Part shown: positions 18,211 through 29,350 of the stretch, one piece after another
Layout: each line of letters opens with the position of its first letter
How positions within the stretch are numbered: position 1 is the first letter of the stretch
From: Candidatus Cloacimonadota bacterium
GTDB lineage: Bacteria > Cloacimonadota > Cloacimonadia > JGIOTU-2
Assembly (NCBI GenBank): GCA_049903315.1
Contig: JBNGBT010000014.1
Span: 1-37,804, forward strand
DNA length: 37,804 nucleotides
Direction of reading: 5' to 3'
The notes under the pieces: generated by a model
Seen by the model: only the letters and a program-made list of their open reading frames with translations
What the model was told of the DNA's origin: nothing
Databases searched by the model: none
Made by a program: the position numbers and the translations under genes

Positions 18211-21200
18211 TTATCTCAGAAGCATGATTTTTTGAGTATTGATAAATCCTGGACTTACCATTCTAACAAAGTAGATTCCTGAAGCAAAATCATTTGCATT
18301 CCAAGAAATTGAATGATATCCAGGTTCAACAATTCCATTTACCAATTGCGCGACCTCCCGGCCCATTACATCGTAAATTTTGACTGACACGTGGGAGTTT
18401 TCAGCAACATCAAAGCTAATCATTGTTTTAGGATTAAATGGGTTGGGATAGGCTGGATGCAATTCAAATGAAATTGGAATATCAGAGATATTCATTCCTG
18501 TACCTAAAACCCTGTCCATGTCTGATGAACTCACAACTTCATAGTCTTCCATCTCAGCCTCAAGGTTGACAATTTGGATTTTGGTAAATTCACCACAATC
18601 AGGATTCAAGTTTTTGTTCAATGTTGTTGACTGCAGGCCAAGCTCAAGAATTGCACCAGCACCATCTTCTATAATGAATCCACCAAGATTGTACAGAATG
18701 AATGACAACTTTGAATCATCCTCAAAAATCCTATACTGAATATCATAATTCGACGTTCTTGTACCGAGATTGACACTTGAGACCTCATAGTTTTCTTCTA
18801 GATCAACTTCTGCAAACAATACTTGGATTAAAGATTCGTTGTATAGATTTATGGTAAGAGATGCATCTTCACCTTCATGAATCCCATAAGAATTAAGAAC
18901 TTTTGATAACAAAATATCACCTTCACCACTATCTCTATCAATTCCTCTCTGGTTTTGAATAATATTAACAAGGATAACCACATCTGAAGAATTTATATCC
19001 CCATCACCATTCATATCACCAGCAAACTCCTGATATGCAGTTGGAGTAATTGTTTCTAAAATGATATTGTTCATTATAGTAATATCAAGAACATTTAGAC
19101 TCTCATCTGCATTCATATCACCGAGAAGATATACACAGCTGGAATCATCTATTGAGGCAGCATAATTATAATTCAATGCAGTAGATGAAGTACATCCATA
19201 ACAAAATGTGCTATCCATACCACAAACAAATGATTGAAAATCGCTTAAACTACCATACTCATGCTCGATATAAGAACCATCGTTATCCATGTTTGCAAAA
19301 ACTTGTTTTGGAAAATCAGTGCTGTCAGGGTTACTAGTTGTGCCTGATTCTGTAAGCCAGATTTTTGCAACTTGACCGTACAAACTATCTGCAAGGTAAT
19401 CTCCGCTTGAGTCATATGTAATCAATCTTACTTCGCTACTGTCAGTAGAGATGGCAGAAGAAAAAGTCAAGTCTGCCACATAGCTACCTGACTCGCACCC
19501 TATTGCTTTGTATCCAAATTGATCGACATCAATTTCTAATTGAATAGCTTCAACAATAGCTTCATTTGCCAAATAAATATTCATCAATGTTGAGTCTTGA
19601 TTGATTACTTCGAGTTGGCTTATAAACAATGCACCACCTTCTGGATAAGTCATTCTATTTGATTCAAGAATGAAATTCACCAGAATGACTATATCAAGAC
19701 CATCATACTCATCATCACAGTTTAGGTCTGCTGCAAATTCCTGCTCAGTAGAAGGTGTTGATGTTCCCAGTGTATAGCTAACAATGGCCACAATATCAAG
19801 AATGTCAGCCCCATCATCACCACCTACAACATCACCATCTCCACAAGCATCATAGGATGCATCTATTGATGCGGAGGTGTTAGTGAACTTTACATCGGTT
19901 ACTGTATATTCATTAGTATCAACTGTTAGACTTCCACTATACGTGTAAAGCGTATAATAATTTCCTGACCATGAATCAAATTCATAATATTGATAGTTGC
20001 TTACATATGTGTTTGGTACTTTCAGTGAGTATCTCTTTGCGTAAGTACCTTCGTCTAGAAAAGCATCATAATCACCATAATCTGCGCTGTGCCAGGTAAG
20101 AGGGTTCTCATTTGTGTCATAGTTTGCGCCATAGGTAGTGTACCAAGGATCTAGAACTTCTACTAAACCACCATCTCTAGTAATATCAATACTATAAATA
20201 TATTCAAAGTATGCATAGTTGTAATCTGCAGCATCGGTAAACTCATGGTTGTAATCAATCAACCCTGTTCCAACCTCCGCCATCCAGTTGTGAAATTTTA
20301 CATTTGAACCAGAGTGCGTTAGGTTTGCTCTTTTAGTTTGACAATCATAGTTCTCATCAGGAATGGCGAGAAATGAATCACCGGAGTCAAGCCAGCCACT
20401 CCAACCGCCAGAACTAGATTCTTTATATCTAAGATCCCCACCTATATCAGTTGTTGCAAATCTATTTCGAAGTGTTGCATCGATTTCTGACTCAGCCAGA
20501 TAATAAGTGAGTGTTATTTGTACATCTTCAATTTGCACTGCATGAGTTTCTCCACTTGGGTAAACACTTTGGTGATTTGTGTTTGAATCTCCATCTTTCA
20601 CAAATGAAAATGTAAATCCATTAACAATGCCAAGGAGATATCTCGAAAACATATAACATAAGTTGGAAGTATTTCCGTAATCATAGTATGAATTAAAAGT
20701 TTGACTTGTATAACTATCTGGATCGAGTGTGTAAATCGGTGAAGTATCTAACAAGCCATTCCAATCTGTATTGTCAGGCCATGTTTCAAAATTAAAATTG
20801 TAAAAAAAGCCAACATCTACGTCCCCAAAAGATCCGTAACCACTATAATAGTCGTTATATGTATCAAAACTAGTTTGAAGACTTACCCATGTTTCGATTT
20901 CATCGACCCATGGTAAAGATATTCCTGTAAAATCTGCAATCCCTCTTGAAATGGACCAATTTGCATCATACCAATCTAAGTCATATTCACGTTGTCCAAC
21001 CCAACAATCCCAATCAAAGAAATCCTCAGCCTCATACTCAATACCAGAATTAGTAACATTTTTCATATAACGACCGAAGTGACTCATATGATCATGGTTC
21101 CATGTGTCTTGATCCCTACTGTCCATCTGATCTACAGCCAAATCATATAAACTGTCTCTGGTGGTACCTGTAGTTGGTATCTCAACAAATTTTCCTTCAG

Positions 21201-21402
21201 AATCAAGGTAATGAATAGGATCTTTTGAAAATACGGTTTTGTATTTTGATGAGTCCGCATAAATTTTATAAGTCTTTGTCTGAAAACCTCTTTTATCAAT
21301 TAGTTCTTGTTCTGCAAAAAGAAAAGAGCAACAAAAAAGCATAACGATTGTGAGTAATACAGATTTTCTCATTTTAGTCTCCATTGATTTAGTTATTGAC
21401 AT
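18211..21402 (-). CDS. Secreted multidomain protein: DNRLRE-like N-region, two dockerins, two cohesin-like domains, T9SS type A/FlgD-like C-terminal domain
   Basis: Signal peptide; PIHYLDSEG motif; dockerins GD..G.DGADILDIV/ADLNCDDEYDGLDIV and GDMNADESLNVLDI/GDMNGDGDINSSDVV; C-terminus AYPNPFNP...IYDVMGREV...SGIYFVRM...TQKIMLLR. Confidence 0.9.
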   Translation of the reverse strand: MSITKSMETKMRKSVLLTIVMLFCCSFLFAEQELIDKRGFQTKTYKIYADSSKYKTVFSKDPIHYLDSEGKFVEIPTTGTTRDSLYDLAVDQMDSRDQDTWNHDHMSHFGRYMKNVTNSGIEYEAEDFFDWDCWVGQREYDLDWYDANWSISRGIADFTGISLPWVDEIETWVSLQTSFDTYNDYYSGYGSFGDVDVGFFYNFNFETWPDNTDWNGLLDTSPIYTLDPDSYTSQTFNSYYDYGNTSNLCYMFSRYLLGIVNGFTFSFVKDGDSNTNHQSVYPSGETHAVQIEDVQITLTYYLAESEIDATLRNRFATTDIGGDLRYKESSSGGWSGWLDSGDSFLAIPDENYDCQTKRANLTHSGSNVKFHNWMAEVGTGLIDYNHEFTDAADYNYAYFEYIYSIDITRDGGLVEVLDPWYTTYGANYDTNENPLTWHSADYGDYDAFLDEGTYAKRYSLKVPNTYVSNYQYYEFDSWSGNYYTLYTYSGSLTVDTNEYTVTDVKFTNTSASIDASYDACGDGDVVGGDDGADILDIVAIVSYTLGTSTPSTEQEFAADLNCDDEYDGLDIVILVNFILESNRMTYPEGGALFISQLEVINQDSTLMNIYLANEAIVEAIQLEIDVDQFGYKAIGCESGSYVADLTFSSAISTDSSEVRLITYDSSGDYLADSLYGQVAKIWLTESGTTSNPDSTDFPKQVFANMDNDGSYIEHEYGSLSDFQSFVCGMDSTFCYGCTSSTALNYNYAASIDDSSCVYLLGDMNADESLNVLDITIMNNIILETITPTAYQEFAGDMNGDGDINSSDVVILVNIIQNQRGIDRDSGEGDILLSKVLNSYGIHEGEDASLTINLYNESLIQVLFAEVDLEENYEVSSVNLGTRTSNYDIQYRIFEDDSKLSFILYNLGGFIIEDGAGAILELGLQSTTLNKNLNPDCGEFTKIQIVNLEAEMEDYEVVSSSDMDRVLGTGMNISDIPISFELHPAYPNPFNPKTMISFDVAENSHVSVKIYDVMGREVAQLVNGIVEPGYHSISWNANDFASGIYFVRMVSPGFINTQKIMLLR

Positions 21403-21931
21403 TCTAGCTTCACACCTGTGCTTAGAATTTTCTATACATACTATTTAATTAATTGTCATTTAGTGTAGTTTTAGTACATATAAGTCTTTATCTGCAAAAT
21501 TGGGTATTGTCAAACTGGAATTTTGATGAACTCACAGCAATAATTAACAAATTCATAAATAAGTATACTTACCATTTATAATAATATTATTGCTATTTTT
21601 CAACCATATATTAGGACAATATAATAATAAATAAAACACAATATTATTTTAATAAGTGTATAATAGTCTATTATGAAGCTATATAATAAGTTATATTTAT
21701 TATTAAATAATTAAAATTACAATATATTAGCAATAGAGAAATGATTACAATGAATAAGTGTTACATATATTTAATATATACAGACATAAATCGTTCGGCA
21801 TCTTATTAGTTATGATATAATTTGAAAATAATAGTATCTTAATATAAGATATTAATAAGCATTTAAGTATTTAATGTGATTTTAATAGATGCAATATCAT
21901 TGATCCAATCAACACAAGGGAGAAAAGTCAG

Positions 21932-22410
21932 ATGAAGTACTCTACACCTATTATAATGTTATTTCTAGAATGTCTAATAATATCCTAGAAAGGACCAGTC
22001 CAATTCACAATTCAGCACTATTGAAAAAGAATTTGAAGTTTTACTTTACAATAAATTCGGATATGGAAATATTTTGCAATCCTATTTTGTATTCAAGCGG
22101 ACAAACTCTATCTAGTTCATAGCATCAAATTGCCATTTACGCTAATGATTATCAAGTCACATATCATCACACAGTAAGCATTTAGGGTAGAGGATATCTT
22201 AACTTATAAACGGCATATTAATAAACTGTTATACGTCTCGAAGATTTCGATAAATGATTAATTGAATGATTCCCTGTTGCGAAGAGGATTGGATATATCC
22301 CAACAAAACTAATATAAAACTCTCATATAGAGTTGTGTGGAAGGCAACTAAATGATTACTTTAACGAAACTGGAAATAGTATTACTCAAAAAGTTTTAAT
22401 GTTGCAGATT
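21932..22410 (+). pseudogene. Heavily eroded remnant of a second secreted protein with a C-terminal sorting domain
   Basis: RBS plus MKYSTPIIMLFL at 21932; WIYPN...SYRVVWKAT and SITQKVLML at 22284-22407 resemble the sorting-domain motifs. Confidence 0.45.
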
Positions 22411-22961
22411 TATTTGGAGGAGTAAAGACTTTCTTTACTTATGAGACAAGTTTTACTTATGTTTCATCACAAGAAATTAGTGATGTATTTAATTTGGGAT
22501 CTCTTGAGAATGATAGTTTTAATTCAATTCTTAAAAGTCTCCTAGGTTAGGTAACGCGAATTTAACAAGTAACCAAATAACTAATAATGATGACTTTCCG
22601 ACGCATTTAGATATATTGATATACGGAATTCAATTTGAACACCATTGGAACTAAACTTAGTGAATTTTCTTTGGACTTTTGTGAAATTAATCGCCAAAAC
22701 TAAGTTTGTTTAATATAAATATCTTGATTATCTAAATTCTGATTAACAAATTAATTAGTGTAATATTTAAAATATCAGCAAAAAAAGTTATAGGTCAATA
22801 CTTTATCGTATTTCATATATGTTTTTAAGCAATGATTAGTTAAAAAGGAGTATTATGGTATTATGAAATAAAAAATTTTATTATCGCACTCAAACTAGCA
22901 AAAATTTGTTTCTGATACTATTTCATTACATCAAAGAATCGATAGGCTAAAGGATTAAAAT

Positions 22962-24170
22962 ATGCATTTTTACAAATCGGAGGTTACTAAAATCTCTAAG
23001 ATTTATTCATTATTGATTATCAATCTAATTCTATCAGGATGTAAAAGTTCGCTTGAAATTGATACAATAACTTGCGTCGAAGGATTTCATAATTGTTCCT
23101 ATGACACTACTGAATGCTGCGAAAATGTAACAGGAGATTTCCTGTGGTCAACTTACGTATTACCCGAATGTGGGTTTGACTCTCATATATTTGACTGTGG
23201 TATTGTCAACTCGAACAATATTTGGGCAACGGGTAAATACTGTATCATAGATTCGGTAACAAACTCAATGATTAACACTGATGCCGCTCATTGGGATGGT
23301 AACACATGGCAGCATATTGAAGTCCCAGTTGCTTATGTGAACCCAGAAGGTGAAATCGCAAACAGTGGAATATCAACATTATATACTGTACATGTTTTCA
23401 ACGATACCAGTATTTGGTTTTCAGGTATGATAAACAGCATTACTTCTTTCAATGGAAATGATTTTGGATTATATGCTGTTGAAGAGAGTTGGCCAGCAGA
23501 GGTTGGATACGATGCATATTCTATGTGGGGGATCACTCCACAAGACATTATTATTGGAAGTGTCAATGGCTTTATTATGCACTTTGATGGGATAAACTTC
23601 ACTGAACTTTGGCAGCTTGACTACCCAAGCTCAGTCACAAAAATCGTTGGATCAGATGAAGTTGTTTTCATACTTGCTAATACTCAAACAATGGGTCTAC
23701 CAGTTTACTATCAGCTCTTAAGATATCAAAGTGATGCAATTTCAGAGGTTTATTGCTCAATGAATTCGTCACCAGATTCTTTAAATTTCATGGGTGGACT
23801 CGAAGCTATTTGGTTGTTTGAAAGTAATCTTTACATTATGTCTTTGGATGGACTTTATTTGTACTCTGACAAAACAGACTCTTTTATAAAACTTTTTACT
23901 AGAGATGAAATTGGGTGCGAATTCGTACAAATATGCGACATTGTTGGAAACTCTCCTGATGACTTGATATTAATCGGTGATGAAGCACAGATCTATCATT
24001 ATAATGGGCAAGAATGGACTATCGATACTTCATTGTCAGATACAGGGAATTATCGGTTACACATAAATTTTAGTGCTGATTACCAGGATGAAACTGTAGC
24101 AATTGGCTGTAATTATAATGATGGAGTTAGTCATAAAGCCACTGTCATTCTTGGGACTAGAATGAATTAG
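22962..24170 (+). CDS. Lipoprotein with beta-propeller-like repeats
   Basis: Lipobox LSGC; repeated HWDGNTW / FNGNDF / HFDGINF / HYNGQEW units. Confidence 0.8.
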   Translation: MHFYKSEVTKISKIYSLLIINLILSGCKSSLEIDTITCVEGFHNCSYDTTECCENVTGDFLWSTYVLPECGFDSHIFDCGIVNSNNIWATGKYCIIDSVTNSMINTDAAHWDGNTWQHIEVPVAYVNPEGEIANSGISTLYTVHVFNDTSIWFSGMINSITSFNGNDFGLYAVEESWPAEVGYDAYSMWGITPQDIIIGSVNGFIMHFDGINFTELWQLDYPSSVTKIVGSDEVVFILANTQTMGLPVYYQLLRYQSDAISEVYCSMNSSPDSLNFMGGLEAIWLFESNLYIMSLDGLYLYSDKTDSFIKLFTRDEIGCEFVQICDIVGNSPDDLILIGDEAQIYHYNGQEWTIDTSLSDTGNYRLHINFSADYQDETVAIGCNYNDGVSHKATVILGTRMN

Positions 24171-24462
24171 TCAGATCATCATATTTATCAAAGGATATTA
24201 CCTCAGGCACCTTGACGGTATTTACATATCTAATACAAGATAGCTCATGTTTTGTTATAGTATCTATTTCATTGAATGATACACAATAGATAAAACTGAT
24301 ATAATCAAAGACCGTCAAATCTATCAATTATTATGATCCGGAGAACCTTCATTTAGAATTGTAGGTCCAGAGTTATTAATCAAGATGTTGTGCATCTAAA
24401 ACCTAAAAATTGATTATCAATAAAGATGCTATAATATTGTAAATAATGAGATTCATCTAAAA

Positions 24463-25041
24463 TTAATAATTTGTATATTTCAATTTTTTGATTTGCATCT
24501 CTAGCTTCTCGATCACATATTTAATTTCATAATCATGTGAAATTATGCAATTCTTTACATCAGATATTCCTGTTTGTTTGTTTAACACTAACATGATTGA
24601 TTCATTTAGCTCATCATTTTTTGGCAATGAATAATACTGTTTGATGTTTTTCCCATCCGAAGATAATGATATTTCTCTGTCTATATTGTCAGAGCTGAAA
24701 AAATCATCGACTGAATTGAATAGTTGTGTGATAAAACTCAACCTTATCTCATCACCAATAGGTACATCCATTTTTTTTAGTAAATATCCATATTTTTGAT
24801 TATTTAGCTGAAGCTCCTCTAACAGCAATTTCAGTTCTTCAACAGCTTTTAACAATTCTATCTTTCGATCCTTCTTGTTTTTAATCCAAATTGGAATAAA
24901 TACCAATACAATTGCAACAATAGCAGGGAAAATCAGTTTAACTGACTCCAAAACAATCTCATTAAATATAATCACGGATGAATCGATATCAAAAGCATGA
25001 CTATCAATGTTTTGTTTAAGTGTATCTAGTAATTCAGTCAA
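24463..25041 (-). CDS. Single-TM hypothetical protein
   Basis: TTG start; TM segment LIFPAIVAIVLVFIPIWI followed by a basic/coiled-coil region; 55 bp downstream of the NTPase gene. Confidence 0.7.
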   Translation of the reverse strand: MTELLDTLKQNIDSHAFDIDSSVIIFNEIVLESVKLIFPAIVAIVLVFIPIWIKNKKDRKIELLKAVEELKLLLEELQLNNQKYGYLLKKMDVPIGDEIRLSFITQLFNSVDDFFSSDNIDREISLSSDGKNIKQYYSLPKNDELNESIMLVLNKQTGISDVKNCIISHDYEIKYVIEKLEMQIKKLKYTNY

Positions 25042-25096
25042 ATAGAATATACCTTATTTTTTTGATTGGTAAGAGTTGATCTGAACTAGAAAATGA

Positions 25097-27388
25097 CTAT
25101 GTCGTTGAGTCGTAATCATAGTTCGAAACATATTTTCTAAATGCCATATTAAGAAGTACTAGATCCGGATCCGGTCTTTTACATATCCTAAATATTCTAT
25201 TCGTGACAGAGTTTATTATGTCTGATTCTATTCTCCACTTTTTAGATTCGGATTCAGACAATTTAGATAAATCCCATGATTCCATTACTGTAATAAGTGA
25301 AATGAATAATGATACCCTTGGAATTTGACTAATAATCCATTTCTCCTTATTAGTTTTATATAGTTTATGGCATGGATCTTGGAAATAATGCTTAAACCCT
25401 TGTGGAACCAACATATCATCAAGAATTATTCTAAGATAACCGAAATCATGAATTAAGTAAGTAATATGATTTCTCCCCGTCCTGTTCAACTGCACAGAAT
25501 AACCATCAGGTAAAATTTCAATATTAATTAATCCTGAATTAAACAGCTCTTCAAGTGCAATTTCTGTATCACCTTCACTGTATGGAAAGTGACGGTTGAT
25601 GAAATTAATAATATCTTCTCTAGTTGTATCACTTTCACCATACATTAGTAAATACTGAAGAATCCTAACTTTTAGAAGCAAGTTATAAGATGTTACATGA
25701 TTAATAGAGTTAACCGGATAGAAAACACTAAAAATAATTTTTGAAAAGTCCCAATTTTCTTTCATCTTGAGTTTTTTTTCAGCTTCATTATAACTATAAG
25801 AATAAGGGTGGCGATAATGACTATTTCCTTCCAGGAGTAGTGGTATAACTCTGTAATCTCGCTTCATCAACTCATTATACCGTTGAACATAAGGATTACC
25901 AGTTTTAAAAAAATTATTTTTCTGAGACGATAGTAACTCAAATATTCTAATAATTTCTTTTGGGCTTATTCCAGCATAGATTGCAGACTCCATAAATGCC
26001 TGGTGTATAGAGTTTACTGAATCCATCAATTTTCTAAAATTAGTTCCGACTAATTCCTTTAATGCTTTAATAGATTCCTCAATACTCCATGAGTTAAAAT
26101 CTATATCTTCTTCAGGTCGAATACCTCGATAAAGGAACACCATTAGTAGTCCAAAGTATGCTCTGATAGATTTAATGTCTTTAATCGAGTGCTTTCCTAA
26201 TTCGTTTATAAGAATTTTTGCTTTTGAGGAAATAACATTCTCAGGTTCTTTATCTTGATTCAAAATGCTGCTTCTATGGGTATAGACTATGTTTTCCCAT
26301 TCTTGCAGAATTATCTCAAATCGCTTGAACACTATATCAAACAGCTGTGCAGGCCGAACCTCAAGCCGTTTAATCTTATTAGATAATTTTGCCAATTCGC
26401 TTGAATTCTTGACATCGATCATTTCCTTCAAGAACATGAAATGACTTTCTTTTCTCATTACAAAAAAGAATACACCTTTTCGGTATGAATCTGAGACAAT
26501 GTTCTTAACATCATCTAATTTCCTTTGGAATCCTTTTTTTCCTGAAAGATTATCTAGACCATCTATTATGTATATCGTGGGGTATCTTTCTTCGATATAC
26601 TTAATAAGACAATTTTGGATATTTTTATGAAAAGGTTCAGTTCTTTCTATTTCAAATTCGGAAATAAAATCAATATAATGATGCTCAAACTCAGTCGGGA
26701 TTTCTGACAAAATGAAACTTTGTTCGATCAAATTTTTTAAGCTACTTTTTTCTTCACCTGATAAGTATGGAAAGAAGAATCTTCGAAAATACCTCGCTGC
26801 ATCAAATTTAATCGCCTCAGGAATACTTAAATTATCGAAATGCCCCTTATTAAGATTTATTGTTAGCCAAAATATTGACCTATCTTGATGAATTCTATCA
26901 AAATAATGTTTATTAACAAATTTAAGAAAAGTAGACTTTCCAATTCCTATATCACCAATAATAAAATATCTCGACGTATCCTTTCTAATCTTTGACTTCG
27001 AGTGGCTACGGTGATTATCTCTTGCATTCTGAAGAGTCTCAATCACAAACTGTTTAACAGTGTTCTCATCACAGTTAATATGCGATATTACAGATTTATC
27101 AAGGAGTAACGAGCCCGGTTTTGATTTACAATTTTTAGATGGAAAAGCATAAATTGTTTTCCAAATAGAAGAATTTGAAATTTCATCTTCAATATCTGCA
27201 AATACATATTTATATATCTTGTTTATTGCCTTAAAATCTGGATCATTAATATCAATATCTTCTCTGAGATTTTCAGATGGTACAGTGTTCTTAAGCTCTA
27301 CATTATTGAAATCCATATCGACAAATAAATTCTTTGTATTCAAGTGAGAAATAAAAGTTTGATAAACTAAATCCTGTAAATCAGACAT
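25097..27388 (-). CDS. STAND-like P-loop NTPase with C-terminal winged helix
   Basis: Walker A GDIGIGKST, Walker B YIIDGLD, FFVMR sensor, TNFRKL, and wHTH-like ALEELFNSGLI...LNRTG. Confidence 0.85.
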   Translation of the reverse strand: MSDLQDLVYQTFISHLNTKNLFVDMDFNNVELKNTVPSENLREDIDINDPDFKAINKIYKYVFADIEDEISNSSIWKTIYAFPSKNCKSKPGSLLLDKSVISHINCDENTVKQFVIETLQNARDNHRSHSKSKIRKDTSRYFIIGDIGIGKSTFLKFVNKHYFDRIHQDRSIFWLTINLNKGHFDNLSIPEAIKFDAARYFRRFFFPYLSGEEKSSLKNLIEQSFILSEIPTEFEHHYIDFISEFEIERTEPFHKNIQNCLIKYIEERYPTIYIIDGLDNLSGKKGFQRKLDDVKNIVSDSYRKGVFFFVMRKESHFMFLKEMIDVKNSSELAKLSNKIKRLEVRPAQLFDIVFKRFEIILQEWENIVYTHRSSILNQDKEPENVISSKAKILINELGKHSIKDIKSIRAYFGLLMVFLYRGIRPEEDIDFNSWSIEESIKALKELVGTNFRKLMDSVNSIHQAFMESAIYAGISPKEIIRIFELLSSQKNNFFKTGNPYVQRYNELMKRDYRVIPLLLEGNSHYRHPYSYSYNEAEKKLKMKENWDFSKIIFSVFYPVNSINHVTSYNLLLKVRILQYLLMYGESDTTREDIINFINRHFPYSEGDTEIALEELFNSGLINIEILPDGYSVQLNRTGRNHITYLIHDFGYLRIILDDMLVPQGFKHYFQDPCHKLYKTNKEKWIISQIPRVSLFISLITVMESWDLSKLSESESKKWRIESDIINSVTNRIFRICKRPDPDLVLLNMAFRKYVSNYDYDSTT

Positions 27389-27845
27389 CCTCGATTCCTT
27401 ATGTTACTAGTGTTCGTTTTCGTTTCTGTTATTTGATAAGAAAGGCAAGCAGTTATTGGATTATTACATATATTTCTAATGACAATGGCATTAATATATT
27501 AATTAGAAGCACAATGAATTTATATTATTATCATTTAATTATTAATATTATCATATATATGATATTGATGTTAAAATGATTATAACGTATATTATAATGT
27601 GGACAAATTAATATTAGTATATTTATGACAAACTTCAATTGTGAGTTGAATAATATAAGACTAAAAAGTTTATAAATGGTTAGTAACTCTTCTAAATGTA
27701 TCGTGCAATAATCATTACTCGGCCCAAAAAAGATAACATTTCTTGTGAAAGCCCAGCTGGGGCTTATCACCTATTTGTAGCAATTAATGGGCTAGTGAAA
27801 GACGAGTGCCACAAAATTAATTAGATTCATCAATTACTGTATGCC

Positions 27846-29027
27846 ATGACCACAGAAGAGAAGAAAGATATTCACAATCTGGAAAAGAATTATCATACAA
27901 CTTATGAAAAACTAGAAAATGATTCTTGTATAATTCTGAAAAACAAAAACTTAATTATTAATTTTTTACGAGATTCCAGATTAGGTAAAACCTTAAAAAA
28001 TCGACGGAAAAAAGTGGTTGAAAAAGCCAGATGCTTAAAATATTTACAGTTGCTTACAAGATTATCATCTTGGATTAATATTCCATTTGATGAAGTTAAT
28101 CAAACTGATATGGAGAAGTTTATTGAGGATTTAGAAAATGATAAGTATAGATATGTGATTAAAACCAGAAGTGGGGATATAACTAAATCATCAAAATTCA
28201 AACATTCTACAAAACTAGATTATAAAAAAACTCTGAAGAAATTCTATAAATGGTTATTCGGTAATAATGAACATTATCCGCCTCATGTAGACTGGATTGA
28301 AACATATGATATCGTAAATGAAATATCATCGAATTCAAGAGAACAAGCGGAGTATCTTGCGAGAGGAGCGAAGACTAGAGATAAGGCAATTATTATGCCG
28401 TTGTTTGATAGCGGAGTTCGAGTTGAAGAGCTACTAAATGTTAGAGAAAATGATTTAGTTAAAACTGATGATATCTATAAAGTAAGAATTTCATATTCAA
28501 AAACGAAACTACGCACAATTCACTTACCTATCTCATCAAAATATTTAAAATTCTGGCTTGCGGAGTAAAACCCAAAATCAAACCAAGAATTATTGTTTCC
28601 AATAACCTATCGCGGTTTAAGAATAATGCTGCACAGAAGTAGTAGGAGAATAGGAAAAAAGGTAACTCCACATGTTCTTAGACATTCTTGTGCAACTTAT
28701 TATGCTAATCATCTTACACATTTTCAACTTTGTTACCGATATGGTTGGGCAATGTCAAGTAATATGCCAAACAGGTATCTTGATCGGGAGGGAATGTATG
28801 AAGAGAATATTCCAACAATAATAAAGGCACTCGATGCAGCTCATTTAGAAAAACAAAACCAGGTTCTAAATGAGCAATTGCAAACTATTAAGGAATCAAA
28901 CAATGAGATGCAAAAGCAATTTGTGGACTTATCACAGAAATACGATAAACTGATGAATGGAAAAAATTTCATCAAGCTAATTGATGCTTTAGCAACTCAA
29001 AATTGTACGGATTTTCCAAAACTTTAG
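27846..29027 (+). pseudogene. Tyrosine recombinase/integrase with a single in-frame TAA (28566-28568)
   Basis: ORFs 27846 and 28593 are in the same frame; DSGVR, SKTK, HVLRHS, YGW and NRY catalytic motifs; C-terminal coiled coil. Confidence 0.9.
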
Positions 29028-29350
29028 AGTGACAACTTTTAATTAATCTCTGCGAATATTATCTATGTAACTGTTAACATTAAATATTAATAATTTTAAG
29101 GAAATAGTAATATATTTCTTATTATAGTATTATTATTGTAATATTAGTATTATTATAGTGATATTATAGTTTGAATCGATAATGATGATAGAATAATAAA
29201 ATAATCAGAGAATTTCCAATAGTAGTTAATGTTGCAAAAGACTATATATAGTATAGTTTAACCTAGCTGCTATACTTAGTTCTTGTGAAAACCTGATAAA
29301 CGCAATAATAGGTTATTGTAATGATAGCACCAATTGGAGAAAATGAACAT

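Noticed and set aside
24222..24318. TTGACGGT...ACCGTCAA long-range inverted repeat as attC or ncRNA
   Set aside because: Only 8 bp perfect, and no flanking AAC/GTT core sites
29090..29200. TATTATAGT-like repeats here and in other AT-rich gaps (4190-4320, 9770-9900, 21560-21900)
   Set aside because: Low-complexity AT-rich sequence without fixed periodicity
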